NCBI GenBank assembly: GCA_963751345.1
Contig: CAVVUS010000038.1
Coordinates: 1 to 64,000, forward strand
DNA length: 64,000 bases
From: an uncultured Chloroflexia bacterium
GTDB taxonomy: Bacteria; Chloroflexota; Anaerolineae; B4-G1; SLSP01
Reading direction: 5' to 3'
Under the pieces are notes generated by a model. That model made no database searches. It was not told where the DNA came from and saw nothing but the letters and a program-made list of their open reading frames with translations. Shown here in pieces: positions 51,161 to 62,461 of this stretch. The first letter of the stretch is position 1; each line of letters opens with the position of its first letter. Both the position numbers and the translations under genes were made by a program.

Positions 51161-52729
51161 TCAGGCGCCGCCGGGCACGCTGGGGTATCCCGTGATCTTG
51201 CGGATCTCCTCGTAGAGCGGCTGCAGCCGATCGTACATCCGCTTGTAGACACGCTGGTAGAGGCCGTCGTAGATCCTGCGCGTCTGCGGATCGGGCTCGA
51301 AGACCCGGCCGATGCGGGTCATCTCACTCACGGCGGTTTCGAAGTCCGGATGGAGACCCAGGCCCACAGCCGCATCGATGGCCGCGCCTAGACCCGAGGT
51401 CTCGTAAGTGTGCGGGCGGGCCGTGTGCATCCCGAAGATGTCTGCCGTCAACTGCAGTGCGGCATTGCTCTGTGAGCCGCCACCGGATACCCGCAGTTCG
51501 GTGACTTCGATGTGGCTGCGCCGTTCCGTGCGCTCCTTGCCTTCGCGTAGTGCGTACGCCAACCCCTCCAGGATGGCCCTGTAGAAGTGGGCGCGCGTGT
51601 GAACACCCCCGAAGCCGATGATGGCGCCCTTGGCCTCCGGTCCCGGCACCCGGATGCCGGGCGACCAATAGGGCTGGAGGATCAGCCCCATCGAGCCCGG
51701 CGGGGCCTCGTTGACGAGGTCCTCGAAGAGGCTCTCCGGCTCGACGCCTTGCTCGTCGGCCAGCCACTGTTCGAGGTGGCCGAACTCTTCCTTGAACCAA
51801 CTTACCATCCAGAAGCCGCGGTTGATCCCGATCTCGAGGCTGTAGTGGTTGGGAATCGCCGACGGATAGGGCGGGATGAGCGGGATCACCTCGGCGTACT
51901 TGGTGTGGGTCGTGTTGATCGTCGCCGTCGTCCCGTAGCTCAGGCACCCGATGTGCGGCTGAACGCCGCCGGCGCCGATGACCTCGCAAGCCTTATCGGC
52001 CGCAGCTGCGATCAACGGGAGACCCTGGGGTATGCCCGTGGCGGCCGCCGCCTCACGCGTGATCGTGCCCAGACGCCCGGCCGGCGGCACCAGCCGGGGA
52101 AGTAGCCTCGGGCTCATCGGCACCGCGCGCCACTTCCAGTCCCAGGATTTGCTCCATGCCAGCGCTTTGTAGTCAAACGGAAGGTAGCCAACCTGGCATC
52201 CGATGGAGTCCACGAAGTCGCCGGTCAGTCTGTGTGTGAGAAAGCCGGAGAGCAGCAGGTACTTGTGGGTGCGGCGCCAGATGTCCGGCTGATGGGTGCG
52301 GATCCAGTTGGCCTCAGCCTCGGCCTGTAGGTAAGCGACCGTCTCGGACATCCCTGTGAGGCTGAAGAGCCGTCCCCACAGCCCTCCCACCGGTTTGAGC
52401 GATTCGACCCTCCGCTGATCCAGCCATACGATGGCCGGTCGGAGTGGCGTGCCTTGGGCATCGACGTTCACCACGGTGCCCCGCTGCGTCGTCAGGGCAA
52501 CACCCGCGATGGCGTCGCGTGGCACGGTCGTGGTCTGCCATAGCCTCTGGCACGCTTCACAGAGCGTCTCCCAATAGTACAGCGGGTCTTGCTCGGCCCA
52601 TCCGGGCTTAGGCGAAACGTAGGGCTCAATGAGGATTCGCGCCTTGCTCACGAGGTTCCCCGCCAAGTCAAACAGGAGCGCCCGCACGCTTTGGGTGCCG
52701 TTATCGATAGCCAGGATGTGATCTTTCAT
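51161..52729 (-). CDS. FGGY-family carbohydrate kinase
   Basis: [44 protein letters not shown]. Confidence 0.9.
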   Translation of the reverse strand: MKDHILAIDNGTQSVRALLFDLAGNLVSKARILIEPYVSPKPGWAEQDPLYYWETLCEACQRLWQTTTVPRDAIAGVALTTQRGTVVNVDAQGTPLRPAIVWLDQRRVESLKPVGGLWGRLFSLTGMSETVAYLQAEAEANWIRTHQPDIWRRTHKYLLLSGFLTHRLTGDFVDSIGCQVGYLPFDYKALAWSKSWDWKWRAVPMSPRLLPRLVPPAGRLGTITREAAAATGIPQGLPLIAAAADKACEVIGAGGVQPHIGCLSYGTTATINTTHTKYAEVIPLIPPYPSAIPNHYSLEIGINRGFWMVSWFKEEFGHLEQWLADEQGVEPESLFEDLVNEAPPGSMGLILQPYWSPGIRVPGPEAKGAIIGFGGVHTRAHFYRAILEGLAYALREGKERTERRSHIEVTELRVSGGGSQSNAALQLTADIFGMHTARPHTYETSGLGAAIDAAVGLGLHPDFETAVSEMTRIGRVFEPDPQTRRIYDGLYQRVYKRMYDRLQPLYEEIRKITGYPSVPGGA

Positions 52730-52861
52730 AGTCCCCCGCTTCGCGCATGACCGATCGGCGTAGTATAGGCAGGGCAGAGAGCCGGTCAACTGCCAGCTGT
52801 GGCTTTCGGCGATCCCCATATCGTAGTACTATGGTGCCCAATGTGGGAAAAGGAGACGACA

Positions 52862-53557
52862 ATGGATTACACCTACGAACAGATCGCCAAGATGATTGAC
52901 CACTCGCTGCTCAACCCAACCCTGACCGCAGACGACCTCGAGGCGGGCATTCAGGTTGCGCTTGACTACGACGTAGGAAGCGTCTGCATCATGCCCTACT
53001 ATCTCGGACGGTGCGCGGAGCTGCTCGCGGGCAGCAGCGTCAAGGCCAGCACCACCATCGGGTTCCCTCATGGTGGTCACACGACGTCGACCAAGGTCGC
53101 CGAAGCCCGGCAGGCACTCGCCGACGGGGGGCAGGAGCTTGACACCGTCGTCAACATCAGCAAGGTGCTCAGTGGCGATTGGGACTATGTTCGGGCCGAT
53201 CTTGGCGCCGTAATCGAGCTGGTGCATGGCGCGGGCCAGAAGGTCAAGGTCATTTTCGAGAACTGCTACCTAGAGGACGCTCACAAGATCAAACTGTGCG
53301 AGATCTGCGCGGATCTGAGAGCTGATTGGGTGAAGACCTCCACCGGATACGGCAGCGGTGGCGCGACGGATGCCGACCTCAGGCTGATGCGGGCGCACTC
53401 GCCCGACTACGTCCAGGTCAAGGCAGCGGGCGGCGTGCGGACGCTGGATCGCTTGCTCGAAGTCCGCGCCATCGGTGTGACCAGGGTGGGGGCCTCGCGG
53501 ACGGTTACTATGCTCAACGAGACCCGCGAGCGGCTGGGCTTGCCACCGGTAGGCTAA
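52862..53557 (+). CDS. deoC: Deoxyribose-phosphate aldolase
   Basis: IDH.LL.P, IGFP.G, ELD.V.N, KVIFE, VKTSTG (Schiff-base Lys), VKAAGGVR, RVGAS. Confidence 0.9.
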   Translation: MDYTYEQIAKMIDHSLLNPTLTADDLEAGIQVALDYDVGSVCIMPYYLGRCAELLAGSSVKASTTIGFPHGGHTTSTKVAEARQALADGGQELDTVVNISKVLSGDWDYVRADLGAVIELVHGAGQKVKVIFENCYLEDAHKIKLCEICADLRADWVKTSTGYGSGGATDADLRLMRAHSPDYVQVKAAGGVRTLDRLLEVRAIGVTRVGASRTVTMLNETRERLGLPPVG

Positions 53558-53604
53558 CGGCGCACCGTCTGCGTGGGCCGCTGGATCGCACGGGATCGGG
53601 CCTC

Positions 53605-53676
53605 GAACCTTCCGGGTTGCTTCTGAGGTTGCCTTCGGATGAGGCAACCTGCGTCGAGCAACCCGGATGGTGGTTC
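53605..53676. repeat. Long imperfect hairpin between convergent genes
   Basis: Nested stems TCCGGGTTGCT/AGCAACCCGGA and AGGTTGCCT/AGGCAACCT. Confidence 0.6.
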
Positions 53677-53707
53677 TACCTGGAGCACGTGAGTCGCCGG
53701 GGTCGCA

Positions 53708-54745
53708 TCAGTCGACGCTGAGGCTGCCCGATCCCTGGTCGACCGCAAGTTCGATCTGGTGGGTAGCGGCGTCGAAGCCCGGTGTCTCCCACACGCCGTC
53801 ACCATCCACCTTGCCGGAGATGAGGGTCAGCGTGTCACCTGGCCTGAAACTGCCGCTGCCGTGGTCCAGGGTCAGGCGCACTCCAACGTCTGAGGGCACG
53901 TGCAGGCGAAGTGCCCCGGAGCCCCCATCGACGTCGCCCGCGAAGCTCATCCGTGCGGGCAGGGTCAGGTCAACCGCGCCCGATCCCGCGTCCAGCTGTA
54001 GGCGATCGATGGCGAGGCCGGTGAGATCATAGTGACCGCTCCCGGAGCTTGCGTCGAGACGCAGATCAAGCGTTACGTCTGGGGAGAGCCCTACATCCCA
54101 CCTGTCCTGGCCATCGTCGAAGGTGAAGTTTCCGTAGGAGACACCTTGCAGGTAGGTGTCGAGCGTGATCGTCGCTTCGGAGCCCGACGAGTGGGCGTCA
54201 AACGCAAGCTTGCCCCGGTAGGCGATATCCGCTTCGATCACGTTCCCAGAATCCTCAAGTGCGCTGAGATAGCCAGGGGCGCTGGTCCAGTCAATGGTGA
54301 CCACAGCAGACTCAAGGCCGGTCGCGGGGTATTCGACGTGGTCGAACTGCAGGGTCGCGGGCCTGGCTAGATCCACGAGAAACGGCATCTGTTCGGCAAA
54401 CAGGGCGATGCCGATGGCGACCCCCACAAGTACGAGAACGAGCACGCCTCCTGCGACAGCCCCTGCGACCGACCGTCGTCCGATCAACACGTCGATTCCG
54501 AGGGCGATCACGGCGATGGGCCAGAAGCGCCACAGCACGGCCCATCCGGTCGCGGGAATGAGGCCAAGGTTGGATAGGAGCAGGAGGGCCCCGAACGCGA
54601 TCAACGCAATCGGCCAGAAGAAGGAGTGGCGGGCGCGACGCGCGCGAGTGTACTGGATTGCGCCCGGCACCGGGTGGGCGGCCGTCGGGAGCGGGCTATC
54701 AGGGCGCTTGTCTTCCTGTGGGGTGATCGTCTCTGGGTCTTGCAT
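53708..54745 (-). CDS. LiaI/LiaF-like (DUF5668) membrane protein with C-terminal toast-rack-like beta repeats
   Basis: FWPIALI..G.LLLL.N.G......W..LWRFWP...I..G, then repeated L.LD.GSG units. Confidence 0.75.
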   Translation of the reverse strand: MQDPETITPQEDKRPDSPLPTAAHPVPGAIQYTRARRARHSFFWPIALIAFGALLLLSNLGLIPATGWAVLWRFWPIAVIALGIDVLIGRRSVAGAVAGGVLVLVLVGVAIGIALFAEQMPFLVDLARPATLQFDHVEYPATGLESAVVTIDWTSAPGYLSALEDSGNVIEADIAYRGKLAFDAHSSGSEATITLDTYLQGVSYGNFTFDDGQDRWDVGLSPDVTLDLRLDASSGSGHYDLTGLAIDRLQLDAGSGAVDLTLPARMSFAGDVDGGSGALRLHVPSDVGVRLTLDHGSGSFRPGDTLTLISGKVDGDGVWETPGFDAATHQIELAVDQGSGSLSVD

Positions 54746-54825
54746 TATCTCCTCCGTATATGCCGGTTATGTACTACCTACTACGCGGCAACTGTGCGGA
54801 GGTTGCAGGCCGCTTCCGCGATTCG

Positions 54826-57220
54826 TCAGTCCTCCGTTCGAGGAACCTGTGGCTCGGGGAGTTCGCAGCTAAGCTCCACACCCTCGGGGTGGAGGGCCAG
54901 GAACACTTTCTCACCGGACAGGGGCAAGTCTGAGAACCGAACACCTGTTGCGGCGTAGAGGGCGTTTGCGATGGCCGGTGCTGTTTGGACCATCACATGC
55001 TCGCCTACCCCACGAGCGCCCCAGGGGCCGTCGTCGAGGGGCGTCTCGACGATGTCGCCGTGGATTTCACGCGGCGCGTCCATAGCGGTGGCGATCTTAT
55101 AGTCGACAAAGCTGGCGTTGATCGCGCGCCCCGCTGCATCGAACCGCAGTCCCTCAAACGCGGAACTCATCCCGTGGACGGCGCCGCCCTCGATCTGGGT
55201 CAGGACCAAGTCCGGGTTGATGGCCTTTCCGACGTCATACGCACTGGCGATCTTCAGGATGTCGATGGCGCCCGTCTCAGTGTCGACCTCCAAGTCCACC
55301 GCCTGGGCACCCACCGTATAGTGCACCACGGCGCGGGTCCCCTGCCCGGTCTCGGGGTCAAGCCCCGTGACGTAGGTCGGCATGAACTTCCCCGATCCTA
55401 CGACGGGTCCACCCTGCCAACCCTCGAACCCCTCGTTGGGCAGGCCGTAGATGACCATATGATTGAGGGGCTGCTCTCTCTCGGTGCGATAGGAGACGAC
55501 GACGCCATCCTTGATGTCGAGATCGTCGGGGTCCTCGTCCCAGTACTCGCGCTACGATGTCGAGTATCTTGACGCGGGCATCCTCCGCGGCAGCCTTGAC
55601 CGCGTTGCCCATCGACCACGTGAGCCGACTTGCGACTGTTTGCCACTCATATGGGCTGTACTTCGTGTCCACGGGGTTGGCCGAGACCCGGACCCAGGCG
55701 TAGGGAACGCCCAGGGCTTCTGCGGCGATCTGGGCTGCGACCGTGAACGCCCCCTGCCCGATCTCCTGGCCTCCGACGTAGACGTTGACCGTGGCGTCCT
55801 CGTTGAAGCGGACAATGGCCGAGCTGCCGGGGTTCGGCGGCATCGCGGGCGCTTTCCACATGATGGCGATCCCTCTGCCGCGCTTCTTGGTCGGGCTCGA
55901 GGGTCTGGGACTGTCCTCCCAGCCGATGGCCTGTGTGACCCTGTCAATGCAGGTGGGCAGGTCTACCTGCGGCATTGCCATCCCGGTGAGGATCGTGTCG
56001 CCCGTGCGCACGCAATTCCGGCGCCGGAAATCGGCGGGGTCCATGCCGATCCTCGTCGCGAGCTGATCCATGATCTGCTCGATGCCCCAGTGAATCTCGG
56101 GCATGCCGAATCCGCGCATCGCGCTGCCGATGGGATGGTTGGTGTAAACGCAGAGAGAATCACCTTTGACATTGGGGACGTCATAGGGGCCGGTGCAAGA
56201 GTAACCCGCAGCACGGGCGATGTTGACGCCATAGTCGTTGTAGGCGCCACCGCCGAAGTAGTAGGCCACTTCCATTGCGAGGAGACTGCCTTCAGCGTCA
56301 CATCCAATCTTGTACATCGCCACGAGGCTCTGACGGACATTGGTGGCGACGAACTCCTCCTCACGCGTCATCCGCACCTTGACCGGGCGCCCCTTCACCG
56401 CTCGCGCCAGCAGGGCGACGTTGGCCTCGATGGAGATGCCGGCCTTGCCCCCGAAACCGCCGCCGACGTAAGGCGATATCACGCGGACGTCGCCATGGGG
56501 AATGCCGAGGCTTTGGGCCAGTAGGTCGCGCTGTGCGAACGGCGACTGCGAAGCTGCCCAGACGGTGAGCTCATCAGAAGGGTCCCATCGGGCGATGGCC
56601 ACGTGGGTCTCGATCGGGGCGTGCTGGATCTGGGGTAAGGTGTACGTTCCCTCGACGATGGCAGCGCAGCGGGGCCAGGCCTCGTCCACGTCCCCCTTCC
56701 GGAGCTTGAAGTGCTCCGAGACATTGGTGCCGGGCACAGGGAAGATGAAGTTGACGACTTCGTAATCACCAAGGTCGGGATGGATCAGGGGGGCATCCGG
56801 CTGCGCGGCCTCGTAGGGATCGAAGACCGGCGGCAGCGGCTCGTAGTCCACGTGCACGAGTGCCGCGGCGCGCTCGGCAATCTCCTCGCTGACCGCGACA
56901 ACGCCGGCGACCGACTCTCCCACGTACCTCACACGGTCGTAAGCAAAGATGAAGCGATCTTTGAGATAGAGGCCCAGGCGGGTGGGGTTGTCCTGCCCGG
57001 TCACCACCGCCTTGACGCCGGGGAGCGCACGGGCCTGGCTAATATCGATGTTCTTGATCAGGCCGTGGGCGACGGGGCTGTGGATGATCTTGCCGTAGAG
57101 CAGGCCAGGCCCAAACGCCATGTCGTCCACGAACCTGGCGGAGCCTGTCACTTTGTCAACGGCGTCGACGCGCCGCACGCTTTGGCCGACAGGGCCACCT
57201 GTTTGCTTGGTGGGCATCAC
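54826..57220 (-). CDS. Xanthine-dehydrogenase-family molybdopterin-binding large subunit, frameshift near 55550
   Basis: RVDA..KVTG, VGGGFGGK, AMRGFG, EIGQG, TVASR, DVG.AINP....QIEGG, GARGVGE (catalytic Glu). Confidence 0.92.
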
Positions 57221-57240
57221 GCCATCCTCCTCTCAGCCGG

Positions 57241-57705
57241 TCAGGACAGCTCCGAGGCAGCCTGGACCGCCTCAATGATCCGCAAATAGCCCGTGCAACG
57301 ACACAGGTTGCCGACCAGCGCGGTGCGGATCTCGTCTTCGGTCGGATGGGGAACACGATCGAGGAGCGCCTTCGCAGACATGAGCATGCCAGGGGTGCAG
57401 AAACCGCATTGGATGGCATTGTGCTCGATGAAGGCTTCCTGGAGCGGGTGTAGGCTGCCGCCCGCACTGAGGCCCTCCACAGTCTCGATCTCAGCGCCAT
57501 CGGCCTCCGGCGCAAGTACCATACACGAGTTGACAGGCAGTCCGTTCACGATGACCGTGCAGGCGCCGCACTCTCCATTCTCGCAGCCCCTCTTGGGACT
57601 GGTGATGCCGAGCGACTCTCGAAGCACTTCCAGCAAGGTCTGGTTTGACCTGACGGCAACGGTGTAGGGGTCGCCATTGACCGTGATCGAGATCTCATGT
57701 AGCAT
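57241..57705 (-). CDS. Mo-hydroxylase small subunit with two [2Fe-2S] clusters
   Basis: GC..GECGACTV...NSC, QCGFCTPG, GNLCRCTGY; ATG 6 nt after AAGGAG. Confidence 0.93.
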   Translation of the reverse strand: MLHEISITVNGDPYTVAVRSNQTLLEVLRESLGITSPKRGCENGECGACTVIVNGLPVNSCMVLAPEADGAEIETVEGLSAGGSLHPLQEAFIEHNAIQCGFCTPGMLMSAKALLDRVPHPTEDEIRTALVGNLCRCTGYLRIIEAVQAASELS

Positions 57706-57753
57706 CGGCAACTCCTTCGTTTGAGCGTTTCAACGTTGACGCGTTGGGACGTG

Positions 57754-58643
57754 CTAACGTGTCAACGTGGAAACGATCCTCTTGATGGCCCGGCGGCTGA
57801 GGGTAATGACCATCGCCTGGCGGTACTCGAGCCCGGATCGGATATCGGAGATCGGACAGCAGCAGCCATAGGCCGAGGCGGCGGCACGGTCGATGGCCGT
57901 CATCGTCGAGGCTGTGTTGCAGGATGGCCTCCGACTCGGTCGATCGCAGCGGCGTAGGCCCGACGGCACCGAGGGCGAGGCGCCAAGCATAGGTGCCATC
58001 CGTCTGGTGCTGCCATCACGGCGACACTTACGATGGACAGATCGCCCGCCTTGCGCCTGCTCAGCTTCTCGTGGTAGCTAAGCGCTCCGGCGGGAGGCGT
58101 GGGGATCATCAGCCCTGCGACAAGCTCGCCACGACGCAGGGCGTTGTGCCGCGGCCCGACGAAGAAGTGGGAGACCGGCAACGAACGGTCTCCCTCTGGT
58201 CCCCGGATCAGCACCATAGCCTCGAGGACGTAGAGCGCGGGCGCGGTGTCGGCGGCGGGCGAGGCAGTGCAGATATTCCCCCCGATCGTCGCGCGGTTCC
58301 TGACTTGTTCGTTGCCCACCGAGGCCGCTGCCTGTGCCAGAAGCTCCCAGCGGCTCCTTACGATCTCGGACCTTGCCAGCTCATTCATGCTGACGGCAGC
58401 GCCGACGCGCAGACAGGTCGACGGAGCGTTGCCACAACCGGGTCCGCCGTCAACACACAATAGGTCGTGCATGCCGGGCAGGCCCTTGATATCGACCACG
58501 ACGTCGGGCGCCAGACGACCATCGCGGATGAGTGGGATCACGTCGGTGGTGCCGGCGACGGGCACCACGATTCTGCCCGGTTGGGCAAGAAGCTCGAAGG
58601 CTTCCTCGAAGCTCGTCGGTCGGTGGTAGTCAAATGGCTGCAT
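57754..58643 (-). CDS. Mo-hydroxylase FAD-binding subunit, frameshifts in the 57900-58000 region
   Basis: FDYHRP, AGTTD, QVRNRATIGGN...ASP.AD, PISDIR....YR. Confidence 0.9.
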
Positions 58644-58664
58644 CGCGCTCGCCTCCTGCCCCGC

Positions 58665-58692
58665 TGGAGACCGGACCGCGGTCCGGTCTCCA
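58665..58692. repeat. Perfect intergenic palindrome
   Basis: TGGAGACCGGACCG|CGGTCCGGTCTCCA between the permease and the FAD-subunit gene. Confidence 0.65.
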
Positions 58693-58703
58693 TCAGGTAC
58701 GAC

Positions 58704-60045
58704 TTACTCTGTCGCGACGTTTCCGGGTGGAAAGAGGACGAAAATCAGGTTAAGCAGTATGCCGACGACCGCACCGGTAGCGATAGCGGGGAGCCCGTCC
58801 GGGAAGATACCGGGGACCGTGATCGCGATGAATCCGCCTCCCAGGATCTGCCCGCCGATCGCGATGATCGTCACGACGGCACCGACGGCCAGTTGGCGAG
58901 GATCAAAGAGGTTCACCTTCTCTGACTGGATCAGCGCGATACCTTGCATTCCGATCACGCCGAAGAGGTAGATGGCGAGACCCCCGGTGACCGCGGTCGG
59001 GATCGTGTTCACCATAGCCGTGAGCTTGCCGATGAAGCCAAGGAGTATGGCGATCGCCGCGGCCATCGAGGAGTGCGGGGCCGGAGTAGTTGCGAGTGAT
59101 GGCCATCAGGGAGTTGTTCTCGCCGTAGTTTGTCCCAGCCACGCCGCCGAAGAGCCCGTTGATGAAGTCGCCCAGGCCGTCCAGTACCAGGTTCTTGCCG
59201 ATGTGCTGGCTCAGCTCGTAGCGCTTCTTCCCCAGGTTATCGGCCAGGGTGTCGACGTAGAGGCTGATCTGGTAGAGGTGCGCGGTCGACTCCGGGATGG
59301 TTGCGATGGCGATAACTGCGATGGCAGCCACCGACTCCCACGCCCTGGGATCCCCGAACGCGGGTAGGGTGAACCTCGGGATCGCGAAGAAGCTGGCGGC
59401 TCCGACCGACGTCAGGTCCACCAGGCCGAAGGGGATGCTCACGAGGTAACCAAAGACCGCGCCCAAGAGAATCGGCAAGAGCCCGATGAAGCCTCTGCCC
59501 TGCAGATAGACCGAGAAGACGATCGTGGCCAACAGGGTCAGAATGGCGACGATCCAGTTGGCGGACGCCATATCCAGAGCAGAGCCCCCCAGCGTGACGC
59601 CGATGACCAACGCAACGGACCCGGTCAGCACAGGCGGGAGAACCTTGTCCAGGAACGCCTTGCCCGCCCAGACGATGATGAAGCCGACCACGATGTTGGC
59701 CAGGCCGGTGGCTACGATACCGACCTGCGCGAGGCGCACGGCCTCGCCGGCGTATTGGCCGAACTGGGCGTGCGTGAGTGTGAGCGTCGCGGCGATGTAG
59801 CTGAATGATGAGCCGTAGTAGAGTGGGATGAACTTGCCGATCCACACGTACGAGAGCACCAGTGCTACGGCGGTCGCCACGCCGGATACCGTCAGGACGG
59901 TGCCGACATCAAAACCTACAAGTAGTGCAACGAGAACGGTCGCGGGGAACATCGTCAGCACGTGCTGGAAACCGAGCAGCACGAGCTGGCCCACCGGGGG
60001 GGCGTCGTTAGGAAGGAACCCCCACACCTTGCGCTTCTCTGCCAT
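58704..60045 (-). CDS. NCS2 nucleobase:cation symporter, uracil (UraA/RutG)-type signature, frameshift near 59070
   Basis: QH in TM1, YYGSSFSY, ESTAH (ExxxH), NYGENN....ITR, GG.A.YLFG.I. Confidence 0.88.
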
Positions 60046-60183
60046 TTGAGACCTCCTACTTGGCTACGGATAATGGTTGGCTGGAAGGGAAAAACGATGA
60101 CTGCCGCCAAGGTTATGCCACAGATTGCCTATTGATCACCCCCTTTCTCGATGTCTCGCCGCTGCCCCAGAAGCCTCGCAGAG

Positions 60184-60534
60184 CTAGAGCGGCTCATACT
60201 TGAGCCCGAAGACCGGCTCGCCGGACACATAGCGTACCGGCTCCCAACTGGGCTTCAGCGCGATGCCGGTATGGATACCTTCGAGGGACTCAGCCTTGAT
60301 CTGTCCCATGGCCTTGATCCCGTTGTCGAACTGCGCAATGCCGATGATCAGGAATCGCTCGTCGAACCCCCAGGGAAGGTTGAAGATCTGCGTGTAGGCC
60401 AGCAGCGTCGCGTTGCCCTCAGGTGCGATCTCCTCGAAGTCCCTATGGTGGCACTCCAGGCATCGTTCGTGTCGTGGGTAGTGGATGTGCCCGCAGTGCT
60501 TACACTTGTACCCCGTGATCTTGATCTCACTCAT
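60184..60534 (-). CDS. DUF35-type zinc-ribbon/OB-fold protein
   Basis: KCKHCG...YP....C..C followed by OB-fold G....YT.I; directly after the thiolase. Confidence 0.85.
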   Translation of the reverse strand: MSEIKITGYKCKHCGHIHYPRHERCLECHHRDFEEIAPEGNATLLAYTQIFNLPWGFDERFLIIGIAQFDNGIKAMGQIKAESLEGIHTGIALKPSWEPVRYVSGEPVFGLKYEPL

Positions 60535-60535
60535 C

Positions 60536-61762
60536 TCACACCTCTTCCCGGGACGCCCGCTTCAGCACCGTGGCCAGGACGTTGTTGCCGAACCCGCCGA
60601 AGTTCACGGCCAGACCCATCCTGAGCATCCTTGACCTGGCGGTCTGCCGGAAGCTCGTGTCGAAGCTGCCAGGTCAGGTCCACCACCTGTGCGACGCCGG
60701 TGGCGCCTACGGGATGCCCGCGTGCCTTGAGGCCGCCGGACACATTGATAGGGATCTTGCCCCCAAGCCGGGTCTCGCCTCCGAGGGCAGCCTTCCCACC
60801 CTCGCCCTTGGCGAAGAAGCCAACGTGCTCGCTCTCCGCGATTTCCAGGATGGTGAAGGCGTCGTGGAGTTCGGCCACGTCGACGTCCTCCGGTCTCGCC
60901 TTCGCCCGAGCAAATGCCTGTCGAGCGGCCAAGGTGACGGCCTTCAGGTCGGTTGGGTCATCACGCTCCTGTAGCGTGTGGGTGTCGGTCGCCTGTCCGA
61001 TCCCCGCGACAACCACGGGTATCCTCTTCGTCAGCTCGGCTGCCATAGCCAGCGGGCAAAGGAGCACGGCGGCAGCCCCGTCACTGACCGGGCATGCATC
61101 ATAGAGGTGCAGCGGGTCAGCGACCGTGCGGGTTGTTGACGACCGAGTGTGGGCTGTCCAGGATGCCCTCCTTGGTGATGAGCATCTCCACGTGTGCGTA
61201 GGGGTTGAGTGCGCCCATCTCCTGGTTCTTGATGGCGACGGCCACGAGCATCTCTCGGGTCAGCCCGTACCTCTCCATGTAGAGCCGGGTGAACATCCCC
61301 GCCATCCCCGGCAAAGTGATGCCGTAGGGGTACTCGACGCGAGGGTGGGTCAGCGTGGCCACGAAGTCGGTGGCACGCCAGCCCGTGACCTCGCGCATCT
61401 TCTCCCCCCCGGCAACGAGAACCACGTCGGCGTAACCCGAGGCGACAGCCTGCACCCCATTCTTGATCGGCGGAGGCCCCCGAGGCCGGCCCGTTCTCGA
61501 CGAGGTCGGCTGCCGCGGGTAACAGCGCCAGGCGGTCCACCAGCGCGCTCGCAATGCCCGTCTGGTGTTGGAGGATTCCGCCCCCCATATTGGCCACGTA
61601 GACCGCATCGACCGCGGCCTTGTTCCCCAGAGCCGCATCGTCCAGGGCCTTGAGCGAGGCATACGCCAGCATATCCACCAGGGTATCCTGGTCGCGGCGA
61701 CCAAAGGGGATCATGCCCACGCCGATGATCGCGACCTCCCTGCCGTACGTCGTGTCTGCCAT
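60536..61762 (-). CDS. SCP-x/archaeal-type thiolase-family protein lacking the nucleophilic Cys; frameshifts near 61470, 61125 and 60620
   Basis: VAIIGVG..PFG, ENGPASG, GGEKM, A.KN...G..NP.A, PVSDGAAA, ELHDAF, NVSGGL...GHPVGATG, NFGG. Confidence 0.85.
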
Positions 61763-61765
61763 GCC

Positions 61766-62457
61766 TTACCTCCCCTTCAGCCCTGCGATTTTCTCGCGGA
61801 TCATCGCCTCATCGGCGATGACGATCTCTTGCTCCGCAAGGGCCAGCAGATCCTCGGGAACGGGCCGGTCACCGACTACGAGCCGATCCTTGCTGGCGAA
61901 GTAGAGGTCGCGGGTCAGCCGGTACGATGGCGCGCCACCCAGTTCGTGCGGAATGGTCGTCGGCTCCAGGCCATATTCGGTCATCCAGCGGCGGAACCCG
62001 ATTGGGCTCTCGGCGACGATCAGTACCTCATCCTGGCCCAGATACTCGATGTGATGCTCCATCTTCGCCGCGAAGAGGTGCGCGCCGATGCGCAGCCCGC
62101 GATCGATGGCCAGCGTGTGCAGGCTCATACCCGTCCCCTGGGTGTACATCCGGCTGTTGACCAGCCCGGCCAATATGCCGTCGACCTGTCCGATCAGACA
62201 GAACTCGTTCTGGACGCGGTAGTACTGCCACGCGAGAAGCTCGGCGTAGACGCGGGCGCCCACGACATTGTAGTAGTCCCGGTCGATGAAGAGCGTCGGA
62301 TGCACGACCTTCAGCAGCGTCGGCACGTCCTCGCGCTGTCACCTCGCGCACGACCATACGCTTCCCATTGGCCAGCGTGATGACCTTGGGAGGGTAGGGC
62401 GGTTGCGGGATACTCCGGCGGTCGGAGGATGGCCTCCAATTCCATGTCAACTGCCAT
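61766..62457 (-). CDS. Hypothetical GNAT-fold-like protein, frameshifts near 62415 and 62335
   Basis: Reconstructed MAVDMELEAILRPP...MVVRE...; SLHTLAIDRGLRIGAHLF resembles GNAT motif A (RG.GIG); SD AAGGAG. Confidence 0.55.
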
Positions 62458-62461
62458 CGTT

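Noticed and set aside
54826-58643. Naming the Mo enzyme xdhABC or aerobic CO dehydrogenase
   Set aside because: It lacks the GGKE Glu of xanthine dehydrogenase and has AMRGFG rather than the CoxL AYxCSFR loop; substrate left open.
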